From positions 1-61,160 of the forward strand of contig JBDRFE010000029.1 of NCBI GenBank assembly GCA_043819075.1: 61,160 bases of DNA, written 5' to 3'. Each line of letters opens with the position of its first letter. Position 1 is the first letter of the stretch. Positions 19,300 to 28,770 of this stretch are shown here, piece by piece. The notes beneath the pieces are model-generated. The model ran no database searches, was not told the DNA's origin, and saw nothing but the letters and a program-made list of their open reading frames with translations. This DNA is from an archaeon. Lineage in GTDB: Archaea > Iainarchaeota > Iainarchaeia > Iainarchaeales > 1-14-0-10-31-34. Position numbers and translations under genes: made by a program.

Positions 19300-20231
19300 A
19301 TTTTGTTCTGCCGTTTAAGAAATTAAGCAGGAAAAGCGTTTCGGTTGCAGGAGGAAAAGGCGCTCAATTAGGTGAAATGTTTAATTCAAAAATTCCAGTG
19401 CCAAACGGCTTTGTTGTGTCGGCGGAATCATTTGATTTTTTCTTAAAAGAAAATAACCTGAATCCATTCATCGAATCAGAATTAAAAAAAGTTAACCAGA
19501 AAAAAACTGATTCAGTTAACACTGCCTCAGAAAAAATAAGAAAAGAAATTTCAAGGGCAAAAATGCCGAAAGAAACAGAAAAAGAAATACTCAAAGAATT
19601 CACTGAATTAAAAGCAAATTATGTTGCTGTAAGAAGTTCTGCCACAGCAGAAGACGCAAAAAACGCTTCTTGGGCAGGAGAACTTGAATCCTACACCCAT
19701 ATTACAAAAAAAGATTTATTGAATTCAGTCAAAAAGTGCTGGAGTTCCTTGTTCACCCCAAGAGCAATTTTTTACAGGAAAGAAAAAAAACTCAAGGGAA
19801 AAATTTCTGTCGGAGTTGTAATACAAAAAATGGTTGAATCAGATTCAAGCGGTGTCGTGTTTACAGTTAACCCTGTAACAAAAAACAAAAATGAAATAGT
19901 TATTGAAGCAGCTTTTGGCTTGGGTGAAAGCGTTGTTTCCGGTGCAGTTACGCCAGACAAATACCTTGTGAATAAAACTGAAATGTTTATTGAAAACATT
20001 GAAGTAAACAAACAGGAGCACATGCTTGCATTAAAGAACGGGAAAACAACCAAGATTCAGGTAAAAAAATCTGAGCAGGAAAACCAGAAGCTTTCAGGAA
20101 AACAGATAATGGAGTTAGCTGAATTATGCAAAAAAATTGAATCGCATTATAATTTTCCCCAGGACATTGAATTCGCTTTAGAAAAACAAAAATTGTTTAT
20201 TTTGCAGTCAAGGCCGATTACAACTTTATAA
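19296..20231 (+). CDS. Stand-alone PEP synthase/PPDK N-terminal ATP-grasp domain
   Basis: GGKGAQLGEM, VAVRSSATAED...SWAG, VVIQKMV, EAAFGLGE.VVSG, QDIEFA, ILQSRPITT; ends there at 311 aa. Confidence 0.9.
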   Translation: MNFVLPFKKLSRKSVSVAGGKGAQLGEMFNSKIPVPNGFVVSAESFDFFLKENNLNPFIESELKKVNQKKTDSVNTASEKIRKEISRAKMPKETEKEILKEFTELKANYVAVRSSATAEDAKNASWAGELESYTHITKKDLLNSVKKCWSSLFTPRAIFYRKEKKLKGKISVGVVIQKMVESDSSGVVFTVNPVTKNKNEIVIEAAFGLGESVVSGAVTPDKYLVNKTEMFIENIEVNKQEHMLALKNGKTTKIQVKKSEQENQKLSGKQIMELAELCKKIESHYNFPQDIEFALEKQKLFILQSRPITTL

Positions 20232-20831
20232 GTATTTGAGTTTTTTCAGTTCTTTGACTAATTCCGGAACTGAAGTGAACAGGATTCCTTTCATTCCGGC
20301 TTTTTGCGCTCCGTGGACGTTTTCTTCTGAGTCGTCAACAAAAACACAGTTTGAAGCCTTTACTCCTAATTCTTTTAATAAAATCTTGTAAATTTTTGCA
20401 TCAGGTTTCCGGACGCCATATTTTCCTGATAACACTTTCACGTCAAATATTTCGTCCCAGCCGAATTTTTTTTCATGAGCCAGATATGCATCCCAGTTGT
20501 TGTTGGAACAGATTGCAATCAAATGATGGTTCTTTAATTCTTTCAAAAGTTCTTTCATTCCTTTTATTTCAGTTAATTCTTGTGTAAAAAATTCTCCTTT
20601 TGTTATTACCCCTCCCATGTCAAATGCAACAGCTGTTGTCTTATAAAATTTCCTTAATTTTCTTCCAAGAATGACTAAAAAAGAGGAAAAAATGTATGAG
20701 GCAATTAAGACAATAATTAATTCCGGCAGGCTCTGCACATTAAGCTTGTCGTAAGCATAAAATAAAATGATTATCAGGAAAGTAAGAAGTATTCTTACAT
20801 CAGAGTACCTGAATAAAGTCCTTAACTGCAT
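20226..20831 (-). CDS. HAD-superfamily phosphatase with N-terminal membrane anchor
   Basis: Two TM segments, then FDMGGV, SNN, RKPD..IY, FVDD..ENV.GA motifs. Confidence 0.85.
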   Translation of the reverse strand: MQLRTLFRYSDVRILLTFLIIILFYAYDKLNVQSLPELIIVLIASYIFSSFLVILGRKLRKFYKTTAVAFDMGGVITKGEFFTQELTEIKGMKELLKELKNHHLIAICSNNNWDAYLAHEKKFGWDEIFDVKVLSGKYGVRKPDAKIYKILLKELGVKASNCVFVDDSEENVHGAQKAGMKGILFTSVPELVKELKKLKYL

Positions 20832-20954
20832 GTAAACCCAAAGAATTATGTTTAATCCTTATTTTAAGTTTTGCCCGTTGAATGCTTTAAAAACAGTTTT
20901 TAAGGCAGAAACTATTAAATAAAAAGAAAACACAACTGTTTGTGAAGTGTTGTG

Positions 20955-21254
20955 ATGCCGGGTAAATTGCCTAAAAGAAGGGGAAGGGAAATCAGGAGAA
21001 CAAATTTTGCTCTAAATAAAGAAGTTGCAAGACAAAAAGCCGCAGGCTCAGCAAACCGTGCAATTGTTCAGGGAAGAAAACCAAAGAGAAAAAAGGATAA
21101 AGTTTATCCAAAGGCATTTGGCGTTGAAAAACATGTTGTTTCAGCCGGAAGGCGCATAATAGGAATAACAGAGAATTCTTTAGGAAATAGAATTCACTGG
21201 TATACTGACAGAAGAATTAAAAAAGGAAAAATTGCCGACAGGAAAAAGAAATAA
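20955..21254 (+). CDS. Small highly basic hypothetical protein
   Basis: 99-aa K/R-rich ORF after TATA-like ATTAAATA; no recognised family. Confidence 0.5.
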   Translation: MPGKLPKRRGREIRRTNFALNKEVARQKAAGSANRAIVQGRKPKRKKDKVYPKAFGVEKHVVSAGRRIIGITENSLGNRIHWYTDRRIKKGKIADRKKK

Positions 21255-21258
21255 AATT

Positions 21259-22350
21259 TTAAGGCAGAAAGTCTTTGGATTTAATTTTTTGAGGCAAATA
21301 CTTTTCTGTTATGAATCTGATCCCTTTTTTGCTTAAGGCTTCTAATTCAAGTTTTATTGCTTTTTCTTTCATTAAATCAAATTCATCCTGCCATTCTTTT
21401 TTCTTAAACCAGTCATAGCCTTTCATTTCATTTAATCTTTTTACATCAAGCTTGTTTAATTTAATTGTAACTTCTTTTGGAATCTTGAATGTTTCTACAT
21501 CGCTTACTGTCAATCCAATATATTTTGTGTCTGGTGTTGCAAGTTTTTCTTCTGAATAACTCAAAGAAATTGAACCCTGTTTTATTACAGAATAAATATA
21601 CATTCCCCATGGGTCTGCATCCATTAAAGCAAAAACAGGCAGTTTATGTTCTTTATTTAATCTTTGCACAAACCTTCTTTCTGCTCTTGAAGGCTGGCCT
21701 CTTCCAGTAATAATAATGCATTTGTTTTTCTGCCAGAACTTGTCTTCGTTAAACCTTTTCCATACAGCATCTTTTTCAATGAATAAAACGTATTCTGCAT
21801 CCAAGTCCTTTATTTCAATTTTTTCCGGCTCTACATTAGATGGAACTCCCCAGCCCCCAGAACCCATTTTAGCCAAATCAATTGTGTCTTTTCCGTCTTT
21901 TATTTTCATGTAACCTGAAATAACTCCTTTGCTTGAAGCAGCTAAATGCAGTTCTTCTCTTAACAAATTCAGGGATGATTCAATGTCTTCAATGATTGGA
22001 TCTGATTCGCCTTGGTTTTCAAAAGTGTTTTCTTCTGTTCCTTCAATTGTATGCTTTAAAGCATAATACAAGTCTCTTATAGAAATTGTTGCTTCCTGTT
22101 CAATTACTTTCTTTAATTCTGAGGTAATAAGCATTGTCTGCATGAATTTTCTTGTGTGAGCTGTATTCAAAAACTGTCTTGTGCTTTTCTTGTCGCCTAA
22201 CTTGATTGTTTTTGTTTTCTTGTCAAAGAAAACGTTGTTTAAGCTTCTTACCGGAAGCTCGTATGAAGGGTCTTCTCCTTTGTCTATTTGTTTTGAAATA
22301 TCAATTCCGACTTCTTTTAGTTTCTGAATTACTTCCTTGTCTTTTGACAT
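21259..22350 (-). CDS. top6A: DNA topoisomerase VI subunit A
   Basis: SIRDLYY catalytic Tyr region, FIEKDAV and DADPWG toprim motifs. Confidence 0.96.
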   Translation of the reverse strand: MSKDKEVIQKLKEVGIDISKQIDKGEDPSYELPVRSLNNVFFDKKTKTIKLGDKKSTRQFLNTAHTRKFMQTMLITSELKKVIEQEATISIRDLYYALKHTIEGTEENTFENQGESDPIIEDIESSLNLLREELHLAASSKGVISGYMKIKDGKDTIDLAKMGSGGWGVPSNVEPEKIEIKDLDAEYVLFIEKDAVWKRFNEDKFWQKNKCIIITGRGQPSRAERRFVQRLNKEHKLPVFALMDADPWGMYIYSVIKQGSISLSYSEEKLATPDTKYIGLTVSDVETFKIPKEVTIKLNKLDVKRLNEMKGYDWFKKKEWQDEFDLMKEKAIKLELEALSKKGIRFITEKYLPQKIKSKDFLP

Positions 22351-22360
22351 AATCTTTCAC

Positions 22361-25300
22361 CTAGTCTGTTTCTTCTTCTTTCTCAACTTTTTTCAGGCCT
22401 TTTATTTTCTGGCTTTTCCCTGTATTTTTTCCTTCAGCTTTTTCAGCTTTTTTTGCTTCTTTTTCCATTTCTTTTTCAACTTCTTCGTCGCTTAACTCTG
22501 TTTTTTCTTTTTGTTCATCTATTTTAAGCCTTTTCAATACAATGTTCAAAAGCTTTTTTTCTATTTCTTTGTTGTCTTTTTTTGTGAGTTCACTTAAAGC
22601 GTTTGCAACTTCTATTGCATACTTCATGTACATTCTTTTTTTTGCTTCTTTTTCTTTTTCCCTTTTTTTTCCAATAATATGCCTTGCAATTCTTCTCCCT
22701 GAATCCATTAAAGCTAATCTCATTTCTTCAAGTATTTCAGCTTCATCTGAAATTGCCTGTTTTCCTGCTGAAGTGTAAGGAATGTGCACTGAAATCATGT
22801 TAATAAAAACAGTTAAAGGCGCTTCATCAATGTTTTGTATCCCGTATCTTTTCCAGTCAATTGTCTGAACAGCTTTTGTTATTGCACAGCCTCCTGAATC
22901 AAATAATAACGGAGCTTTGTTTGCAAAACGCATTACCTCCATTTTTTTGAGGTTTTCTTCTTCTGAGTTGTTTCCGTTTCCAAGAGCCCTTCCGGCGTTT
23001 CCCCCGAATGCAACTGCAACTTCTACTTGAAATGGAAAGCCCCCACTATAAACCTGGGCTTTTCTTGTGATTACTTTAAGGAATTCAGGCTGGACAATTG
23101 ACTTCAATGAAGCTTCAATTTGTTCTTCTCCTATAGGGCTTAATCCATCTGTTGTCGGGGCAATAAAATTAATTGACTTGAATGCCTTTATCACTTCTTC
23201 TGAGTCATTCCACTCCATTTTTTTCGGATCCATGTTCATGTCAAATGAAACCGTTTTAGTTATTTCTTCTATTGCTTTATCTCCCATTCTGTCAAAAGAA
23301 TTCTTTAAAAAAGAGCTTACTTTTCTTCCATCAGAGTATTTTGCCATTGTAACTAATTCGTCTACTGTAACTCCTTTTGGATGAGGCTGCATTTCTTTTG
23401 GTGCATCAGGAATTTTATCTGAAGTCCTCTTAAATAATGTTTTTTGGCCCATTGGGTCAATTAAGCTTATTTGTGCATGAGGGTTGGCTATTGCAGTCCT
23501 TCTGATGTATTCTAATGGCCCTTGCTCTGAAATCCTGTATAAAACATCTTTTACTTTTGCTTTTATTGCAAGGCCTTTGAATGGTTTGTCTATTTCTTTG
23601 AAGTTCTCTATTTTTGGCGTGTTTTTTTTCTGGTCAATTGTTAACTCCAGTGAAAAAGCTTTTCCTTTTCCTGTTCCAGAAATTACCTGAACAGGCTTTC
23701 CTGTTGTTGTCTGGGAATACATTGTTGCTCCTGCTGCACCAATTCCCTGCTGGCCTCTTGACTGCACCATTCTGTGGAATTTTGTTCCTGCAAGCAACTG
23801 GCCTAAAGCTTTGCCTACTGTGTCTTTTGTTAATCCAGGGCCATTGTCTTTGATTGTTATTTCATAATATTCTGTTCCTAATTCCTGTATTTTTATTTCT
23901 ATTTCTGGAAGAATGTTTGCTGACTCGCACGCATCTAAAGAATTATGCAAACAAATTGCTCCATAGCCTCCAACAAAGTTTTCATCTTTTTCAACAGAAT
24001 AATCGTAAACATATTCGTTTTCTTCCGGAATTCTTTCTTCTATTTCACTTATTTGCAGCAAACCTAAATCTCCTCCAATAAACCTTGCCGCTTCTTCGGA
24101 AATTCTTGCTTCATTTATTTTTAATGAAACCATTTTTTCGTAGCTGACTGTTTGCTGTCCTCTTTTGTTTATTGCCCATTTGAGTTTTGGTTCAATTACT
24201 GCTTCAATGCCCCCAAGTTCCATCGGAAAAAAGTTTAATGGAGAATTTTTTTGGTTAGTATAAAATTCTATTCTGTAGTTTTTCCCAAAGCTTGCTTTTT
24301 TTCCTGCTACAATTCTTTCTTCAGCTTCTTTTTCACTGGAACTGTAAGAATAGCCTAAACCTGATAAAAGATATTGGATTCCAATAGAAAGTTCTTCACT
24401 GGCTGTGGCTAAGACAATTTTCTCTTTTAAATTAAAATCTCCATTTAAGAGTTTCCTAAAAATCTTTGTTGAGGGATAGCCATCTCCTACTAAATATGCA
24501 AACAAGAATTCTTTTGCAAATTCTTCTGAAACACTAAAAACAATGCTGGGAATTCTTTTTTTTCTTGCTCCAAAACCACATTTAAAAATCTTCGTTAAAA
24601 TAAAAGCGACAGTTTTTGATGGTATTTCAACATTTACTGCTGTTCTGTGGGCTTTCCTTTGAATTGGTTTTAAACCAAAGATTTTTTCTGTTAAGAACGC
24701 ACAATATTCAATTAGTTCTTTTTCATGTGCTCCAAAAGATAAAGTAGAGCTTGCCATGGTTTTTCGTGTGCTTCCTTCAGCAATATATAAACCCAAAAAT
24801 CGCATTAGTTCTTTTGTTAAAATCATTTTTGTATTTAATTTATATTTGCAATGCCTTGCTCCAATCCTGCATTCATAAAAAAGTTTTATTTCTTCATCGT
24901 TCAATATTTTTAACAGTCTAATAGGAAGCCTGTCACATTTCATATAATTTCTGTAGAAATCGTAGTGCCTTTGTTTTGGCGTCAGTTGTGACTTTATTTT
25001 GTTTTTCAGTTTTTCATTTTGATAAAGGAGTTTTTTTACTCCGAAAACACTAAATTCCCCTAATTTTTCATCAGACAGTTTTAATGCTTCTTCTAGAAGA
25101 TTGATTTCTTTTTTTGTCTCTTCAATCCAAGACTTTCTTGGCACTACAAGATAATCCCCTGTATTCAGTTCCTCTGCTTTCATTTCAGTAACTTTCCCTT
25201 CTCTTAAACTGAATAGCCCATGATGTTTTGTTGCTTCGACTGTCCTGTTTCCAACTGTTTTTATTTTGAATATTTTTTCTCCTGCTTTCATTTTGTGTCT

Positions 25301-25747
25301 GTGAATCGATTTTACTGGTTTAAAATTTAATTTGTTTGTTTGCCTGTCGAAACACAAAACTTCAAACTTTTTAAAATCACGCAATGATTCAACGTCTTGT
25401 TTTTGGGAGTATTCAAAACCATTTTCTTCCATTAAACCATTAACTATTCTTCCTATTCTTTCAATTTTTACTTCTCCGTTTTCTCTTATTGCTGTCGGAG
25501 TATCAGTTGTAACGCTGTTAGTAGTATATTCGTGGATTATTGTTGTCAGAGTCCTTATTTTTCCTGTTAATCCAAGCATCTGCTTGTTTTTTTTGAAGAA
25601 TTCTGCAACAGAATGTTCTTTGAATTCTTTTGCAAGAGTTTCAGCAGTGATTTCTTTTGATTTTGCCTCTGTTTTTTCTGCTAAAGCTTCTTTCGGGGCA
25701 GTTTCAGGTTTAACTGCTGATGTTTCTTTTGCTTTGTTTTCTGCCAT
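22361..25747 (-). CDS. top6B: DNA topoisomerase VI subunit B, intein-containing
   Basis: HEYTTN/SLDACE split by intein, DNGPG, SRGQQGIG, RFANKAPL; start moved to MAENK. Confidence 0.95.
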   Translation of the reverse strand: MAENKAKETSAVKPETAPKEALAEKTEAKSKEITAETLAKEFKEHSVAEFFKKNKQMLGLTGKIRTLTTIIHEYTTNSVTTDTPTAIRENGEVKIERIGRIVNGLMEENGFEYSQKQDVESLRDFKKFEVLCFDRQTNKLNFKPVKSIHRHKMKAGEKIFKIKTVGNRTVEATKHHGLFSLREGKVTEMKAEELNTGDYLVVPRKSWIEETKKEINLLEEALKLSDEKLGEFSVFGVKKLLYQNEKLKNKIKSQLTPKQRHYDFYRNYMKCDRLPIRLLKILNDEEIKLFYECRIGARHCKYKLNTKMILTKELMRFLGLYIAEGSTRKTMASSTLSFGAHEKELIEYCAFLTEKIFGLKPIQRKAHRTAVNVEIPSKTVAFILTKIFKCGFGARKKRIPSIVFSVSEEFAKEFLFAYLVGDGYPSTKIFRKLLNGDFNLKEKIVLATASEELSIGIQYLLSGLGYSYSSSEKEAEERIVAGKKASFGKNYRIEFYTNQKNSPLNFFPMELGGIEAVIEPKLKWAINKRGQQTVSYEKMVSLKINEARISEEAARFIGGDLGLLQISEIEERIPEENEYVYDYSVEKDENFVGGYGAICLHNSLDACESANILPEIEIKIQELGTEYYEITIKDNGPGLTKDTVGKALGQLLAGTKFHRMVQSRGQQGIGAAGATMYSQTTTGKPVQVISGTGKGKAFSLELTIDQKKNTPKIENFKEIDKPFKGLAIKAKVKDVLYRISEQGPLEYIRRTAIANPHAQISLIDPMGQKTLFKRTSDKIPDAPKEMQPHPKGVTVDELVTMAKYSDGRKVSSFLKNSFDRMGDKAIEEITKTVSFDMNMDPKKMEWNDSEEVIKAFKSINFIAPTTDGLSPIGEEQIEASLKSIVQPEFLKVITRKAQVYSGGFPFQVEVAVAFGGNAGRALGNGNNSEEENLKKMEVMRFANKAPLLFDSGGCAITKAVQTIDWKRYGIQNIDEAPLTVFINMISVHIPYTSAGKQAISDEAEILEEMRLALMDSGRRIARHIIGKKREKEKEAKKRMYMKYAIEVANALSELTKKDNKEIEKKLLNIVLKRLKIDEQKEKTELSDEEVEKEMEKEAKKAEKAEGKNTGKSQKIKGLKKVEKEEETD
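23942..25516 (-). mobile_element. Intein in Top6B (525 aa) with LAGLIDADG endonuclease
   Basis: Starts SVTTDTP after ...EYTTN; ends ICLHN before +1 Ser; LGLYIAEGS and AYLVGDG motifs; YVYDYSV block F. Confidence 0.92.
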
Positions 25748-25757
25748 TAAATCACTT

Positions 25758-26279
25758 TCAGATTTCAATTTCTTTTTCTTTTTCATGCAAAAATGCTTCT
25801 GCAGTTGAATGTGATGCGCCTTCCAACAGCATTTCAACTGCTTTTTTTGCTTTTTGTATTCCCTCTGGGTTGCCTATGATGCAGATTGTTTTTCCGTAAA
25901 CTGAAATAAAAGTTGAAGTTTTTTCCTCTATGTCTTTTCTTGTTTTTCCTTTTTGTCCTATTACTCTTCCTTTTTTTTGCTGGATTACTTTGTCGTTTTT
26001 CCCAATCATTTCTTTTAAGTCAATTATTTCAAGAAAGTAATTTTCTTCTTTTAACAAAAAGGCGTGTTCTGGTGAAAATCCCCTGCCAATTGCTTTAATT
26101 ATGTTAAGTGAAATATAAAAATCTAATGCATTTTCTCCTTCAACATCAACTTCTCCTGAAGCAGAATTCACTTCAATTTTTGTCTGAGTGCGTTTTTCAA
26201 CCTCTTTTCTTGTTTCCCCGTTTTTGCCTATTAAGACTGCAATCCTGTCTTTTGGTATTTTTAAGTATTCCTGCATCAA
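25758..26279 (-). CDS. KH-domain pre-rRNA processing protein (Dim2/Pno1 family)
   Basis: Two KH GxxG loops (LIGKNG, VIGQKG); next to RIO1. Confidence 0.92.
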   Translation of the reverse strand: MMQEYLKIPKDRIAVLIGKNGETRKEVEKRTQTKIEVNSASGEVDVEGENALDFYISLNIIKAIGRGFSPEHAFLLKEENYFLEIIDLKEMIGKNDKVIQQKKGRVIGQKGKTRKDIEEKTSTFISVYGKTICIIGNPEGIQKAKKAVEMLLEGASHSTAEAFLHEKEKEIEI

Positions 26280-26375
26280 AACAACCTGAAATATTAAATA
26301 AAATAGAGCTAAAAAACTTTTTTTCCTCTATAAATTAGTGTTTGGAAAGCTTTTTATTTTAATTTGAGTTCCTTT

Positions 26376-27149
26376 TTAAGCCAGTTTTTGCTTCCATTTC
26401 CTTATCTCTTTTCTTAAATCTTCTTCTGTTTTTTCAAGCCCTTTTTTTGAAAAATAATTTGTTGTATTCCTTAAATCCCTTTCCAAAAACTCCTGGGCTT
26501 TCGGATGGCTTTTAAGTACTGCCTGCCCTACATCAATTACAATTAATTTTTCTTTTCCGTTCTCTGTTTTTACCAGAATATTGTATTCGCTTAAGTCAGC
26601 GTGAATTAATCCAGCCAAATAAAAGCTTCTTGCAATGAATTCTGCTGCCTGTTCAAAAGCATTTTCAAGGTCTTTCACGCCAATTTCTTTTAATGTTTTT
26701 GATGCAATCCCTTTTTCTCCAATGAATTCCATTACAAGGACATTGTTTTTGAATCCAATGGGAAAAGGCACTGAAGCATTTGCTTTTGATAGTTTCTCTA
26801 AATTCTTGAATTCTTTTTTAGTCCATTCTTTTACAATTTCTTTTTTTTCTTTTGGAACATTCTTGAAGCGTTTGTCTCCTTCAATGTATTCATTCATTTT
26901 ATGGAAATCTGATGTACTTGTCTTATAGATTTTTACTGCACGAAAGTTTCCGGCCCTGTCTCTTGCCCTGAAAACATGGGCTTCTTTTCCGGTTGAAACA
27001 ACAAATTCAATCCTGTCAATCAATCCTGCTGTTGCAGTTTTATGAATTGAATTCATTGTATCTTCATCAAAGACTTTGTCAAAAGTTTTTGACTGCTTTT
27101 TTTCAGGAAACCTTTTCTGTTTTTCTTCTGTTTCTTCCTGGTCTTTCAT
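26376..27149 (-). CDS. rio1: RIO1-type Ser/Thr kinase
   Basis: STGKEAHVF, IHADLSEYNIL, IDVGQAV motifs. Confidence 0.93.
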   Translation of the reverse strand: MKDQEETEEKQKRFPEKKQSKTFDKVFDEDTMNSIHKTATAGLIDRIEFVVSTGKEAHVFRARDRAGNFRAVKIYKTSTSDFHKMNEYIEGDKRFKNVPKEKKEIVKEWTKKEFKNLEKLSKANASVPFPIGFKNNVLVMEFIGEKGIASKTLKEIGVKDLENAFEQAAEFIARSFYLAGLIHADLSEYNILVKTENGKEKLIVIDVGQAVLKSHPKAQEFLERDLRNTTNYFSKKGLEKTEEDLRKEIRKWKQKLA

Positions 27150-27155
27150 TTTGAA

Positions 27156-27485
27156 TCAGTCTTCTAGCGGAAGATTATTTAAAAGGCCTTTTTTTCTTAA
27201 ATGGTTTGTCTGGACTTTAACATATCTCCAGATAATGTCTGCTTTAATCGGCTGAAAATCCCATAATTTGACTATAATTAAATCGCCTTCCCTTATCCAG
27301 ACTCTTTTCCTTAATTTTCCCGGAATCCTGCAGACTCTTTCCACTCCATCTTCGCACGCTGCCTTGATTTTGTCTGAGCCAAGCAATTGAATTGCAATCC
27401 CAAACATTTCCAGTTCCTTTCTTTTAGGCATTCTAATCCTGCTGACTAATTCTTCTTCACTTAATTGTTCTCTCTGTTGTCTCAT
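27156..27485 (-). CDS. eif1a: Translation initiation factor aIF-1A
   Basis: CRIPGKLRKRVWIREGDLIIV signature. Confidence 0.95.
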   Translation of the reverse strand: MRQQREQLSEEELVSRIRMPKRKELEMFGIAIQLLGSDKIKAACEDGVERVCRIPGKLRKRVWIREGDLIIVKLWDFQPIKADIIWRYVKVQTNHLRKKGLLNNLPLED

Positions 27486-27784
27486 TTGTTTTCCTCCGGC
27501 AAAAAATAAATCTGTAAATGGGGAACCTTGTTTATTTTTATCACGTTTTTTTCTTCTGCAATTTTTTCTTTTAATGCAACGCCAACGCTTTTTTTTCCCA
27601 CAAGGTTAACTGAATCAGCTTTTTTGATTAATTGAATTAATTTTTTTTCATCAATTTTTTCTTTTCCATAGAATTCTGGTTTTACTGTAAAGCCTGTTTT
27701 TTTGTCAAGAATTTTTCCGCTTAATTCACTGTCGCATGCTGCAAGAATTTTTTGTTCCCTGATTGAGTGAATTTTGTGAAAAAT
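27482..27784 (-). CDS. DUF424-family protein, apparent ATT start (not in ORF track)
   Basis: Open frame IFHKIHSIREQKILAACDSELSGK...FY.....A.SVNLVG...V..A...VPHLQIY; in-frame TAA lies two codons above ATT; SD GAGGGA; TGA overlaps aIF-1A ATG. Confidence 0.8.
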   Translation of the reverse strand: MFHKIHSIREQKILAACDSELSGKILDKKTGFTVKPEFYGKEKIDEKKLIQLIKKADSVNLVGKKSVGVALKEKIAEEKNVIKINKVPHLQIYFLPEENK

Positions 27785-27795
27785 AGTTTATCCCT

Positions 27796-28209
27796 CTACA
27801 ATTGTTTTATTGAGGTTACTGCACCACAGGCCTCGCATTTCATCATTTTAATGTTCTGCCTTTCAATGAATTTTGTGTCAGGCTTGCCGCATTCCTTGCA
27901 TAAAACAAAATTTTTGATGTAATTCTCTACTGTTGTTTTTATCTGGGCTTCAGAAAATTTTCCTATTATTCCGATTTTTCCTTCGCTTGAAGAAGTCGGC
28001 ACACCCAATTCTTTTGTAATGAATTTAAGCAAATGGTTTTCCTCTCTTTTAATTAATTTCAGCAGAGCAGGAATGTTTTTTATGACTGTGTTTGTTCCCT
28101 GAATATGGCTTTGTATTTCAGGCATCTGGAACCTTTCCTTTGTTTTTGTCTGCTCCGGAAGGCTTAAATACAGCCTGTCAAGCATTTTTTCGTATTCCAT
28201 TTGATTCAC
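27796..28209 (-). CDS. eif2b: Translation initiation factor aIF-2 beta
   Basis: YEKMLDRLY, ERFQMP, CKECGKPDT...CEACGA zinc ribbon. Confidence 0.95.
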   Translation of the reverse strand: MNQMEYEKMLDRLYLSLPEQTKTKERFQMPEIQSHIQGTNTVIKNIPALLKLIKREENHLLKFITKELGVPTSSSEGKIGIIGKFSEAQIKTTVENYIKNFVLCKECGKPDTKFIERQNIKMMKCEACGAVTSIKQL

Positions 28210-28278
28210 TTAACTATTTAAATAAAAAAAGTATATTAATACTTTTGTAAAGCACTTGCTTTAAAGGATGGTTTTTGA

Positions 28279-28770
28279 ATGGATGTCATGTCTGTGCTTG
28301 TTTCTTTAGTGAACTCTTATGGTTTGATGGGCATTTTTGTTGCTTCACTGATTGCAAATGCAACTCTTTTTCTTGTAGTGCCAATTGATGCAGTAATCCT
28401 GTTAATTGCTTCAACTAAAATATTTAATCCATTTCTTCTGGCTTTTTTTGCTGCTTTAGGCGCTGCAATAGGCGAAAGCACTGGCTATTTTGTGGGAAGA
28501 GGCGGAAGAAGCGTGGTGGAAAAAAAATACCATAATCAGTTAGACAAAGTGGATGATATCGCAAAAAAACTTTCTCAGTGGGGTTTTGGCTTTATTGTGT
28601 TAATGTCTTTTGTGCCTTTTGCTTTTGACTTGATTTCAATTATTGCCGGAATGCTTGAGTATGACTTAAAAAAATTTTATCCAGCTGTTTTTGTCGGAAG
28701 ATTTTTCCGTTACTCTATTATTGCTTTTTTTGGCGTTTCAATACTAGATTTTTTTCTTTCTTTTTTCTAA
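28279..28770 (+). CDS. DedA/VTT-domain membrane protein
   Basis: GAAIGESTGYFVG, P..FDLI.IIAG, GRFFRY motifs. Confidence 0.88.
   Translation: MDVMSVLVSLVNSYGLMGIFVASLIANATLFLVVPIDAVILLIASTKIFNPFLLAFFAALGAAIGESTGYFVGRGGRSVVEKKYHNQLDKVDDIAKKLSQWGFGFIVLMSFVPFAFDLISIIAGMLEYDLKKFYPAVFVGRFFRYSIIAFFGVSILDFFLSFF

Noticed and set aside
19296-20231. Calling the operon a conventional PEP synthase (ppsA)
   Set aside because: No pyruvate-binding TIM-barrel domain is encoded in the cluster.
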